Under the pieces are notes generated by a model. It saw only the letters and a program-made list of their open reading frames with translations, did no database searches and was not told the DNA's origin. Below, in pieces: positions 7,791 through 16,371 of a DNA stretch of 20,000 nt. This DNA is from an uncultured virus (IMG/VR IMGVR_UViG_3300008450_005828) (lineage: Duplodnaviria > Heunggongvirae > Uroviricota > Caudoviricetes): IMG/VR virus record IMGVR_UViG_3300008450_005828. The stretch is one strand, 5' to 3'. Numbering within the stretch: position 1 is the stretch's first letter; each line of letters begins with the position of its first letter. Both the position numbers and the translations under genes were made by a program.

Positions 7791-8333
7791 ATGAAAATCA
7801 ATCAAGTTATCTCTGAATCAGAATTAGATGAAGCAATTCCATTTACTAAACAATGGAAACAAGACAGAAAAGTAGGTAAAAATATCAAAGCCGATGCTGG
7901 ACAAATAACTGCTGATCTCAAAACTTGGATGAAACATAGTAGATTACCAAACATTACTATTGATCAATTTAAAAATTTCTTAGATCAAAAAGGACTTGAT
8001 CCAGCCACTGTTGATAGTATTGCTGGAGATCGTACAAGTGGCAACACAGGTACAGAACCCGATGCTCCTTTAACTTCTGCAGAAGTTAAACAATACGTTG
8101 ACAAAGCTGTTAGAGCAGCGTTCCAATCTGCTGGTCCCGGATCGAGAAAAAGTAGATATGCTAGACCTTCTACTCCACCTGCTACAGGAGCAGGTAATCC
8201 GCCACCAGGTGGTAACCCACCACCGCCATCAGGTGGTAACCCACCACCGCCATCTGGCGGTGCTCCTGATATAACAGCCTTTGTTAATAGTTTAACACCT
8301 CAACAAAAAGCTGCACTAAAAGCAAGACTTTAA
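7791..8333 (+). CDS. Hypothetical virion/internal head protein with Pro/Gly-rich tail
   Basis: The start is moved from the track's 7734 to ATG 7791 (SD AGGA 7778-7781, downstream of the late promoter). The N-terminus MKINQVISESELDEA carries I/L-x-E prohead-protease-type sites. Confidence 0.65.
   Translation: MKINQVISESELDEAIPFTKQWKQDRKVGKNIKADAGQITADLKTWMKHSRLPNITIDQFKNFLDQKGLDPATVDSIAGDRTSGNTGTEPDAPLTSAEVKQYVDKAVRAAFQSAGPGSRKSRYARPSTPPATGAGNPPPGGNPPPPSGGNPPPPSGGAPDITAFVNSLTPQQKAALKARL
8207..8254 (+). repeat. Exact 24-bp tandem repeat x2 encoding GGNPPPPS
   Basis: AGGTGGTAACCCACCACCGCCATC at 8207-8230 and 8231-8254, preceded by a degenerate GNPPP copy. Confidence 0.9.
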
Positions 8334-8564
8334 TTAAAAGAACGGTTGTCCGGTTTTCTTAGAAGTTTCTAAATTGTCCTTGACAATGTTTGATAATATT
8401 TCTCTATCTTCGAATGACAGATCGAAGGCCTCTGTAACAGATAAGCCTCCTCTCATGTACCAACACAATTTGTACAAGTCGTGTTTTAGTTGTTTTGACT
8501 CTTGTTCGAGGATCTCAACTTGTTTTAGAATTTCTTCTAATGGTAAAGTTAAGATCCTTTGCCG
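8334..8564 (-). CDS. Unannotated -1 frame extension of the gp26-like gene (gp51-like / tail chaperone 'T' part), 76 codons
   Basis: Hand translation: RQRILTLPLEEILKQVEILEQESKQLKHDLYKLCWYMRGGLSVTEAFDLSFEDREILSNIVKDNLETSKKTGQPFF*. The frame opens only after a TGA a few codons upstream of the T-TTT-TTC site. The first ATG is codon 37 (8456). Confidence 0.75.
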   Translation of the reverse strand, partial: RQRILTLPLEEILKQVEILEQESKQLKHDLYKLCWYMRGGLSVTEAFDLSFEDREILSNIVKDNLETSKKTGQPFF

Positions 8565-9412
8565 AAAAAACTTGCTTGATCAAATGTGATTGGAATTTCT
8601 AAAAATTCTGGTGCACCGCGTTCAACATCTTCGGGAGGCAGTGTTGTTTTAAATGGTCTAATAGTAAACTTGTTTCTTTGATTTTCAATGTGCTTGACAA
8701 TTGCATAATAGATTTTTTTGTCAGCATTGTCAATGAATTCACTTATATAATTTTTATTAACAACAGCATCGTCATTGTTATAACGAATTGAAACAATACT
8801 GTTTTTTACCAGTTCGATGTTGATGTTTGTGAGTTTTTCAAAACTTTCTCTAATTCTTGTTAACTTATCTTCTTCACTGATGTTGTTGTTTTTCAATAGA
8901 GAAAATATACGTTGTTCTTCGAACGTTTTGATTGAAATGTCGTTTGAAGATTTATAAGAAATCGGTTGTATTTCAATTTGAAACTCATCAACTACAACAA
9001 TATTATCAAAGGAAGCAGTCATAAATTGATCCATTACTGTTCTTAGATCAATTTCGAATCCACGCTCTTCGTTTATACCTGGAACAGTGATGGTTAAGTC
9101 CATTTTTTCACCATAGGTTGCAATTCTAATTGCAATCAAGATAACATCCAAATCAATGTTTGGAACTTTCCATGCATCTTTGATATTTGGAATACAACTT
9201 TGAATTACATCAACAGTTGCTTGACCGTTGAGTAATGCATCTGGAGTTTTATATGACAGTTCGTCTTTTGCAGTCATAGAAAGCACAGGGTATTCACCCG
9301 ATTCTGTTTTTTCCAGTGCATTGCCGTACCACAATCCTTCACTCGGTAGACGTATATAAATTTTAGGCTGTCTGAAATGCTTTGATAGAGGATTTGCGCT
9401 TTGGGGAACCAT
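8549..9412 (-). CDS. gp26: Baseplate hub assembly protein, gp26-like (probable tail assembly chaperone)
   Basis: NPLSKHFRQPKIYIRLPS...MTAKDEL...LLNG...DLDVILIAIRIATYG is a gp26-family-like motif set. It ends in ...ITFDQASFF. AGGAG SD at 9423-9419. Confidence 0.7.
   Translation of the reverse strand: MVPQSANPLSKHFRQPKIYIRLPSEGLWYGNALEKTESGEYPVLSMTAKDELSYKTPDALLNGQATVDVIQSCIPNIKDAWKVPNIDLDVILIAIRIATYGEKMDLTITVPGINEERGFEIDLRTVMDQFMTASFDNIVVVDEFQIEIQPISYKSSNDISIKTFEEQRIFSLLKNNNISEEDKLTRIRESFEKLTNINIELVKNSIVSIRYNNDDAVVNKNYISEFIDNADKKIYYAIVKHIENQRNKFTIRPFKTTLPPEDVERGAPEFLEIPITFDQASFFGKGS
8564..8570 (-). promoter_or_regulatory. Putative -1 ribosomal frameshift heptamer T TTT TTC
   Basis: An X XXY YYZ heptamer in frame with the 8549..9412 gene (AGT TTT TTC GGC), four sense codons before its stop. 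A -1 slip enters the 76-codon ORF. Confidence 0.7.
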
Positions 9413-9423
9413 TATTATCTCCT

Positions 9424-9431
9424 GATAAATA
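9424..9431 (+). promoter_or_regulatory. Late-type promoter GATAAATA for tape measure/portal operon
   Basis: Lies in the divergent intergenic region, 52 nt upstream of ATG 9484. Confidence 0.55.
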
Positions 9432-9483
9432 TAATGTATATATCTCTCAAATTATATGCGTAGTTTATGTTTTGGAATAATCA

Positions 9484-11874
9484 ATGGCTGAAAGAGTTAG
9501 TATAAAAGGTGGTGATCTCGACGGTTCTCTGTTAGAGAACGCTGCTAGCGAAGCAACATTAGTCTTGCTTAAAGAAGCAATGGAAAAATTAGCAAAACAA
9601 TCTGGTGCTAGCACTAGCAGTGCCAATAGAGGATTACGTGATTTAAGAGATGCTTCTGAAGATACTGCCGAAGAAGTTGATGACCTTGGTAGTAGTTTAA
9701 GTGTTTTAACAACAAGTGTTGCGGTTGTTGGCAAAGCATTTATGGGCGTATTTAAAATTATTGGCGGTCTTGGTACTGCTGTTGGTAGTGGCATAACTGC
9801 ATTCAGTCAATTTACTGAAATGATGATTACTTCTCCGCCAACGATTACAGACTTTACTGGTGCTATTGAAGATAGCAGATTAAACATCTTAGGATTAGGT
9901 ACTGCGGTCAACGTTCTTACTAAACTTGTTTATGGAAACTATACAACATTTCAAGATCTAAGCAAAAGCGGTATACAACTTGGTGGCATGGTTGGAAGTT
10001 TAACCGAGATGTATGCTGGTTCCGGACAGTCACTCGAAGGAATGGCTGCTAGTCTTGCTGCTAATTCTGAACAACTTGCAATGCTTGGTACAGCATCAAA
10101 AGGCGCTAGAACTGCGATGATTTTAAATCAACGAGCATTTAATAATAACAAAAATGTTCTTGCAGCCTGGGGAATGAGTTTTTCCGAACAAGGTGAAATA
10201 TTCACAGAATTTCTTGCTCAAAATGCTATTGCACTAAGAAGAAGAACTATTACTGAATCTGATGTAACGAATATGAGTCAAGGTTATGCTATTAATTTAA
10301 GAAAACTTTCTGAGTTAACAGGTAAGCAAGTAGACGAAATTCAAGGTGAATTAGAAAAAGCTAATTTACACAAAGGGTTCGAAGCGTTTATTGCAGGCAT
10401 AGACGATCCTGCTTTACAAGACAAGTATAAGAGACTAATTGAAGAATATGGTGCTACATTTGGAGACTCGGGTAGAGAACTTGCAATGGCAACTATTATG
10501 GGAGTTTCACCTTTAACTGAAGGCTCTCAAAAGATGGCGGCAGTTATGCCAGACATTCAATCTGCACTTGAAAGTCAAAAGCAATCTGCACAAACCTTTG
10601 CTGGATCAACAGACGAGTTTATGGGCACTGTTCGAGAACAAAATCATAATCTAGCAATAAGTTTACAAAGTTGGATAGATGAAAATGCACAACTTGCTGC
10701 TATTTTAAGTATGAAAGGTAGCCCAATTGGTGACGCATTTAATGCAATTATAAACGGTTTAAATATATATTCTGGAGATATTGATTCACTGGGTGGTAAA
10801 TTAGATCCTGCTGCTGAAGCAATACTTACATTTGACACTGCAACACAAGGTGTTAGAGACTCACTATCAAAAATGGTAACTTCGTTCTTTGGAAACGAAG
10901 CAGTTATGAGCGGACTTGACAAATTTGGTCAATGGGTTGAATACTATACACCTATTATAACAACAGAACTTGAAAATTTTGCAACGTGGTTGCAAGGATT
11001 TGATCCAACACTTTATAATCCATTTGATGAACAAGGTAGACAAAACATCTATGATGCTTTTTGGGATGCTATGAAAACTGTTGGTGAAACTATTTCTGGT
11101 TGGTGGAACAGTGAAACCGGTTTAGCATTAAGAAATAACATTGCAGACTTCTTCGAAGGCTTAGTACGAACTATTGAAGATATGTTCGTTAATAGTACGA
11201 CCTTGAACACTTTGTTAGGTATTGACAGAGAAGAAGTTGCAAACAGACAAGCAACTACAGGTGGTAACATTGATGTAGAAAATGCACTAACCGCAGCACT
11301 TGGTAAAGGATTTTGGAACGTATCAGAAGTTGCTGGTGTAGAATCTGTTGGTGGTAAAGAAACCTACGATAAGTTAATGCAACATCTAGGTGATAGTGCT
11401 GACGACTATTGGACAATGAATGGAAGAATAGAAGCAGCACTTGAATCTCTTGGCGCAAAATACGAAGCAGGAACAGCGACTGAAGAAGAAAGACAACTTT
11501 TTGCAAAAACTATTGCTAATTTAACTGATCCAAATAAAGCTCCTATAGCTTATCGACCCGGTAATCCAGCAGTGCCTGCACCTGATATTAATCGTCGACA
11601 GATTGGGACTTATAGGTCAACTGGATTACCAGCAGAGCCAAACAATGCAATAACACAGATTCATCAAGGCGAAAGAGTGTTGAATCCACAAGAAACTCAA
11701 GTTTATAATAATTTAAATAATATTCAATCGCAATTGGTTAAAAAAGTAGAAGAGTTAAATACAAGTATGCTAAAAGCAGTAGATTTATTACAAGATTCTG
11801 TCAATGTAGCAAGACAGACTACAAGATCAATTAAAAGTTTAGGAACAGATGCAATGAGAGGTGTTGGTAGATGA
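9484..11874 (+). CDS. Tail tape measure / hub protein
   Basis: 796 aa, Ala/Gly/Ser-rich and helical, with a hydrophobic segment near residues 75-110. N-terminal NAASEATL and C-terminal IHQGERVLNP resemble phage tape-measure termini. It is adjacent to the frameshifting chaperone-like gene. Confidence 0.7.
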   Translation: MAERVSIKGGDLDGSLLENAASEATLVLLKEAMEKLAKQSGASTSSANRGLRDLRDASEDTAEEVDDLGSSLSVLTTSVAVVGKAFMGVFKIIGGLGTAVGSGITAFSQFTEMMITSPPTITDFTGAIEDSRLNILGLGTAVNVLTKLVYGNYTTFQDLSKSGIQLGGMVGSLTEMYAGSGQSLEGMAASLAANSEQLAMLGTASKGARTAMILNQRAFNNNKNVLAAWGMSFSEQGEIFTEFLAQNAIALRRRTITESDVTNMSQGYAINLRKLSELTGKQVDEIQGELEKANLHKGFEAFIAGIDDPALQDKYKRLIEEYGATFGDSGRELAMATIMGVSPLTEGSQKMAAVMPDIQSALESQKQSAQTFAGSTDEFMGTVREQNHNLAISLQSWIDENAQLAAILSMKGSPIGDAFNAIINGLNIYSGDIDSLGGKLDPAAEAILTFDTATQGVRDSLSKMVTSFFGNEAVMSGLDKFGQWVEYYTPIITTELENFATWLQGFDPTLYNPFDEQGRQNIYDAFWDAMKTVGETISGWWNSETGLALRNNIADFFEGLVRTIEDMFVNSTTLNTLLGIDREEVANRQATTGGNIDVENALTAALGKGFWNVSEVAGVESVGGKETYDKLMQHLGDSADDYWTMNGRIEAALESLGAKYEAGTATEEERQLFAKTIANLTDPNKAPIAYRPGNPAVPAPDINRRQIGTYRSTGLPAEPNNAITQIHQGERVLNPQETQVYNNLNNIQSQLVKKVEELNTSMLKAVDLLQDSVNVARQTTRSIKSLGTDAMRGVGR

Positions 11875-13595
11875 GTTGGAAAAAGTATTTTACCCCCGTT
11901 CCTACAAATATGAATGTAAGCGGAAGTTATTCGCCGTTTAGTTTTGCACGAGGTACCGGAGTAGGACCTGCTGCTACAAACTATAGCAGTCACCTGCCAG
12001 ATGTTTATGTTGGATCACCTAATCGTATTGAACGCTACGGTCAATACAACACCATGGACAATGACAGTGAAGTTAATGCAGCATTGGATATTCTTGCTGA
12101 ATTCTGTACTCAAGTGAACAAAGAAAACAATACACCTTTCCGTATTCAGTTTAACAGTCCTGCAACCAACACAGAAATTACAGTTCTAGCACAATACCTA
12201 AAGCAGTGGTGCAAGATCAACGAGTTTGAAACTCGTATGTTTAAAATTATTCGTAACGTTTTTAAATATGGCGATCAATTTTTTATTCGTGATCCAGAAA
12301 ATAAAAAATGGTTTCACATTGATCCAGCCAACCTAACAAAGATTATTGTTAACGAAAGCGAAGGCAAAAGACCTGAGCAGTATATTGTACGTGATCTAAA
12401 CATTGCATTTGAAGGATTAAGTGCAACAAAGATCAACACAACAAATGCTTACGGCCCAGGCGGAAACCAACCCGGCTATCAAACACTTGATCAGAAATAC
12501 ATGACAGGTAGAACACCTGATTCATCAACTAGTCGTTTTATGAATGAGTCAAACGAAACAGCAATTGATGCAGAACATGTTGTTCATCTAAGTCTAAGCG
12601 AAGGTCTAGACAACAATTTTCCTTTTGGCAACAGTTTACTTGAAACTATCTTTAAAGTTTATAAACAAAAAGAACTGCTGGAAGATGCTATTATTATCTA
12701 TCGTGTACAACGTGCGCCAGAACGCAGAGTATTCTATGTTGACGTAGGTAACATGCCCAGTCACCTTGCAATGCAGTTTGTTGAAAGAGTTAAAACAGAA
12801 ATTCACCAAAGAAGAATACCAAGTAAAACTGGCGGCGGCGCTAACATTATTGATAGCACATACAACCCACTGAGTATCAATGAAGATTACTTCTTCCCTC
12901 AAACTGCTGAAGGTAGAGGAAGTAAAGTTGAAACACTACCAGGCGGTACTAACCTAGGAGAGATTGATGATTTACGATACTTCACTAATAAGTTATTACG
13001 CGGACTACGTATCCCAAGTTCGTACCTTCCAACTGGCGCTGATGATGCAAACAGTCAATACAATGACGGCCGTGTTGGAACAGCATACATTCAAGAACTA
13101 CGTTTCAACAATTACTGCGAACGTTTGCAAACCTTAGTATCAGAAATTTTCAACAGAGAGTTTAAACTTTATCTAACACAAAAAGGTGTAAACATTGACG
13201 TTGCGATGTTTGATCTAAAACTGCAACCTCCGCAAAACTTTGCAAGTTATCGTCAAGCAGAACTAGATACAAATCGTATCAACACATTCTCAACAATTCA
13301 GCAAATTCCATTTATTTCAAATCGTTTTGCATTGATGCGTTTCTTAGGACTATCAAAAGAAGAAGTTGCTGAAAACGAACGCATGTGGAGAGAAGAAAAC
13401 GATGAGTCGTTTGCTGTTGGCGAACAAGATGCATCAGCACAAATGAGAGGCGCTGGTATTTCAGGTGCGGATATCAGCAACGATCTCGGATCTGCTGAAG
13501 GCGAGGAACCCGATCTAGGAGCAGAAGGCGAAACACCAGCAGCACCAGCAGGCGCCGCAGCACCTCCGGCAGGCAATGAACCATTTACGGCATAA
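11871..13595 (+). CDS. gp20: Portal vertex protein
   Basis: T4 gp20 signatures LLEDAIIIYRVQRAPERRVFYVDVGNMP, EDYFFP...GRGSKVETLPGG.NLGEIDDLRYF..KL.RGLRIPSS and ELRF. Confidence 0.95.
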   Translation: MSWKKYFTPVPTNMNVSGSYSPFSFARGTGVGPAATNYSSHLPDVYVGSPNRIERYGQYNTMDNDSEVNAALDILAEFCTQVNKENNTPFRIQFNSPATNTEITVLAQYLKQWCKINEFETRMFKIIRNVFKYGDQFFIRDPENKKWFHIDPANLTKIIVNESEGKRPEQYIVRDLNIAFEGLSATKINTTNAYGPGGNQPGYQTLDQKYMTGRTPDSSTSRFMNESNETAIDAEHVVHLSLSEGLDNNFPFGNSLLETIFKVYKQKELLEDAIIIYRVQRAPERRVFYVDVGNMPSHLAMQFVERVKTEIHQRRIPSKTGGGANIIDSTYNPLSINEDYFFPQTAEGRGSKVETLPGGTNLGEIDDLRYFTNKLLRGLRIPSSYLPTGADDANSQYNDGRVGTAYIQELRFNNYCERLQTLVSEIFNREFKLYLTQKGVNIDVAMFDLKLQPPQNFASYRQAELDTNRINTFSTIQQIPFISNRFALMRFLGLSKEEVAENERMWREENDESFAVGEQDASAQMRGAGISGADISNDLGSAEGEEPDLGAEGETPAAPAGAAAPPAGNEPFTA

Positions 13596-13598
13596 ATA
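13591..13598 (+). promoter_or_regulatory. Late-type promoter CATAAATA overlapping the portal stop codon
   Basis: TAAATA at 13593-13598; the next ATG is at 13604. Confidence 0.5.
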
Positions 13599-13603
13599 AT
13601 ATT

Positions 13604-13852
13604 ATGATACTACGTGAACTATTTTATTTTGATAAAAAGACAATGGAACCGATTGAAGATGATCGTTACGACGAATTCAGCGACGAATCTGTTGTGGATA
13701 TTGATGATACACGCAAGACTAGACTTACACTAAAAGATATTAATCGAGCACGTAGAGCCGACGACCTTCACAGATCAGAAGCACAAAAAGATTTAGAATA
13801 TATTAGATCCATGTACGGAATTGCTTCACAAGCACCTGCTGAAACTGTATAA
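13604..13852 (+). CDS. Small hypothetical head-morphogenesis protein
   Basis: 82 aa ORF just after the portal (DTRKTRLTLKDINRAR...MYG), in the position where T4 has small prohead core genes. Confidence 0.7.
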   Translation: MILRELFYFDKKTMEPIEDDRYDEFSDESVVDIDDTRKTRLTLKDINRARRADDLHRSEAQKDLEYIRSMYGIASQAPAETV

Positions 13853-13862
13853 GGAATAACTT

Positions 13863-14609
13863 TTGTCTAAAAAGTATTTCGAAGGTGAAACAAAAAGTCA
13901 GCGCCGTGCTAGAAAAGAAAGAGAAAAACTTTCAAAAAAAGCATCCTTAGTAAAAAGCCCCGTAATCAAAACTGTGTTGCCAACACCTGTTGTTGTAACA
14001 AACGTAGAAGTAAATTTAAAAAACTCTGCATTTGTTTTAGGAAATGGTACAAGCAGGGCTCCTATATCACCGGTAGATCTAAAGCCGTATGGAACAATCT
14101 ACGGATGCAATGCACTGTATAGAGAATTTAGACCAGATCATTTGATTGCTGTTGACACAAAAATGATTAAAGAAATAACCAGTACAGGTTATCATTTAGA
14201 AAATCGTGTTTGGACAAACCCTAACAGATACTCTAGAGAAATACCAAAGATAAACTTGTTTAATCCTAATCTAGGGTGGAGCAGCGGACCAAGTGCTTTA
14301 AATCTTGCAAGTGAACACAATTACGAAATAATTTATATACTTGGATTTGATTACGAGGGCGTTGGAAAAAATCATGAATTAGTAAACAATGTTTACTCAG
14401 GAACAGTAAATTATAAAAATATAAATGACAGAGCAACATATTATGGTAACTGGACAAGACAAACATCAACTTGTATAAAAAAGTATCCAAGGATTAAATA
14501 CATTAGAGTAATTAAAGATCAATCGAGTTTTGTTCCTGATGTTTTAATTGGATTACCTAATTTGACACATGTCACAGTTGAAAAATTTATGAAAAATTTC
14601 AATTTGTGA
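13863..14609 (+). CDS. Maf/DUF115/GT42-like putative glycosyltransferase
   Basis: FVLGNGTS, YGCNALY, DHLIAVD, WSSG and IYILGFDY parallel the GNGPS...CN...TSG...IYL.G.DF pattern of CstII-type sialyltransferases and Maf proteins. TTG start with AAGGA SD. Confidence 0.55.
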   Translation: MSKKYFEGETKSQRRARKEREKLSKKASLVKSPVIKTVLPTPVVVTNVEVNLKNSAFVLGNGTSRAPISPVDLKPYGTIYGCNALYREFRPDHLIAVDTKMIKEITSTGYHLENRVWTNPNRYSREIPKINLFNPNLGWSSGPSALNLASEHNYEIIYILGFDYEGVGKNHELVNNVYSGTVNYKNINDRATYYGNWTRQTSTCIKKYPRIKYIRVIKDQSSFVPDVLIGLPNLTHVTVEKFMKNFNL

Positions 14610-14621
14610 TATATAAATATC

Positions 14622-14661
14622 AAATAGGCTTGTTTTGAGCCTATTTCTGCGTACTTTTTTT
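14622..14661 (+). terminator. Hairpin, possible intrinsic terminator
   Basis: AAATAGGCTT (14622-14631) pairs with GAGCCTATTT (14637-14646). A T-run follows, but 8 nt downstream of the stem. Confidence 0.45.
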
Positions 14662-14668
14662 AATTATG

Positions 14669-14676
14669 TGTAAATA
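14669..14676 (+). promoter_or_regulatory. Late-type promoter TGTAAATA (a perfect TATAAATA also at 14612-14619)
   Basis: Upstream of the AGGAG SD and ATG 14707 of the core/protease/scaffold/capsid operon. Confidence 0.55.
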
Positions 14677-14706
14677 TAATTGACAGCCTTGACATAGGAG
14701 ATAACA

Positions 14707-15714
14707 ATGACTGATCGCAACAAGTTTGAAGAAATGCTTGAGCGTCTAATTAACGAAGACCGCACAGGTGCAGAAGAATTATTCCACGAGATTGTAGTAG
14801 AAAAATCACGTGAGATTTATCAAGCCATCATCGAATCCGAAGAAGAAGAAGATGAAGCAATCGACGAAGCCGACGACGAAGAAGTTGACGAAGCTTCAGA
14901 CGACGAAGAACTAGATGAAGCCGCTGACGAAGACGAAGAAGTCGACGAAGCCGCCGAAGATGATCTAGACGAAATGTTTGGACTTGATGAGTTTGAATTA
15001 GAAGCAGACCCAATGATGGGTGGCGACGCAACCGACGACATGATGAGCGACGCTGGTATGGGTGACGCTGGTATGGACGGCATGGATGACATGGGCGGTT
15101 CAGACGAGCCTCTAACAAGATCAGATCTTGATAGCGCACTTGAGCAACTAATGGCTGACTTCCAAGCAATGCTCGACGGCGAAGAAGGCGACGACGAAGA
15201 AGGCGACGACATGGACATGGACATGGACGACGAAGGTGAAGAAGACGAAGAAGGCGAAGAAGGCGACGAAGAAGAAGACGATGCAAAAGAAGCATTTGCT
15301 TTTGAAGCCAAGAAAGCCGACGACAAAAAGAAAGCCGACGTAAAAAAGACAGCCAGTGAGCAAATGCGTGAATACGTAGAAAAAGTTGCTCCTGCAAAAA
15401 TGGGCGACAACGGCACTAATGCTAAGTCAATTGTAGCATCAAAGAACGATATGGGCGGTACTACTGCTAATATTGCTAAAAGTACTACAGAAGCGGGTGT
15501 AGAAGCAAACAAAGGTCACCTAAAGGGTTCTAGTGTTTTCAAAGGAACTCCAAAGGAAGATAACGCTGGTAACATAAATGTTCCTGGCGGTAAAGCTGGT
15601 AAAACTTCTTTCAAGAAGTCAGAGCCAGGTCACGGCGCCGAAAAAAAAGGTAAGCCAGAAACTGCCGACAAGGGCGCAGGAAGCACCATCAAAGGTGTAG
15701 TGCGTAACAAGTAA
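14707..15714 (+). CDS. Highly acidic prohead core/internal scaffolding protein
   Basis: 335 aa with a very D/E-rich middle containing many [IVL]DE motifs and a basic K/G-rich C-terminus. Lies directly upstream of the prohead protease; strong SD. Confidence 0.7.
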   Translation: MTDRNKFEEMLERLINEDRTGAEELFHEIVVEKSREIYQAIIESEEEEDEAIDEADDEEVDEASDDEELDEAADEDEEVDEAAEDDLDEMFGLDEFELEADPMMGGDATDDMMSDAGMGDAGMDGMDDMGGSDEPLTRSDLDSALEQLMADFQAMLDGEEGDDEEGDDMDMDMDDEGEEDEEGEEGDEEEDDAKEAFAFEAKKADDKKKADVKKTASEQMREYVEKVAPAKMGDNGTNAKSIVASKNDMGGTTANIAKSTTEAGVEANKGHLKGSSVFKGTPKEDNAGNINVPGGKAGKTSFKKSEPGHGAEKKGKPETADKGAGSTIKGVVRNK

Positions 15715-15733
15715 GGCAAAAAAGTAAGGACCT

Positions 15734-16360
15734 ATGATGAACTACTTAAGAGAGAGTTTGAGTTTCGACCAAGCCAGGATGATCGTGGAGTCTGCTGAAG
15801 AAGGCAAAAATCTTTACATGAAAGGTATTTGCATTCAAGGTGGAGTAAGAAACGCAAATCAGCGTGTCTATCCCGTTAACGAAATCGGCAGGGCTGTCAA
15901 CACTCTCAACGATCAGATTGCTGGTGGTTATTCAGTTCTTGGAGAAGTAGATCATCCGGAGGGACTTAACATCAACCTCGACCGTGTAAGCCATATGATT
16001 ACAGAAATGTGGATGGATGGACCAAACGGTTATGGAAAGTTGAAAATACTACCAACTCCGATGGGACAACTAGTTAGAACAATGCTGGAAAGCGGCGTGA
16101 AACTAGGTGTCTCATCGCGAGGTAGCGGTAATGTTTCCGAAGATGAAAGCAATACTGTATCAGAATTTGAGATAATCACTGTTGACGTAGTAGCACAGCC
16201 TAGTGCGCCAGGCGCTTATCCAACACCAATTTACGAACACCTAATGAATACAAGAGGTGGATACAAGGCAATCCTTACTAGTAAGGAAGTTCAAGGCGAC
16301 AAAAAGGCACAAAAATACATTGCAGAGAGCTTATTAAATATAATAAGCAGGCTCCAATAA
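15734..16360 (+). CDS. gp21: Prohead core protease
   Basis: RNANQRVYP, LGEVDHP (catalytic His), LGVSSRGSG (catalytic Ser) and DVVAQPSAPGA. Confidence 0.93.
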   Translation: MMNYLRESLSFDQARMIVESAEEGKNLYMKGICIQGGVRNANQRVYPVNEIGRAVNTLNDQIAGGYSVLGEVDHPEGLNINLDRVSHMITEMWMDGPNGYGKLKILPTPMGQLVRTMLESGVKLGVSSRGSGNVSEDESNTVSEFEIITVDVVAQPSAPGAYPTPIYEHLMNTRGGYKAILTSKEVQGDKKAQKYIAESLLNIISRLQ

Positions 16361-16371
16361 AGGAGAATATT

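Noticed and set aside
8374..8589. 71-aa + strand ORF in the track
   Set aside because: It has no SD and is the antisense shadow of the protein-like -1 frameshift ORF on the minus strand.
14820..15512. Long antisense ORFs (230 aa Ser-rich, 189 aa Arg/Leu-rich)
   Set aside because: They are mirror products of GAA/GAC-rich low-complexity coding on the + strand and have no SD or promoter.
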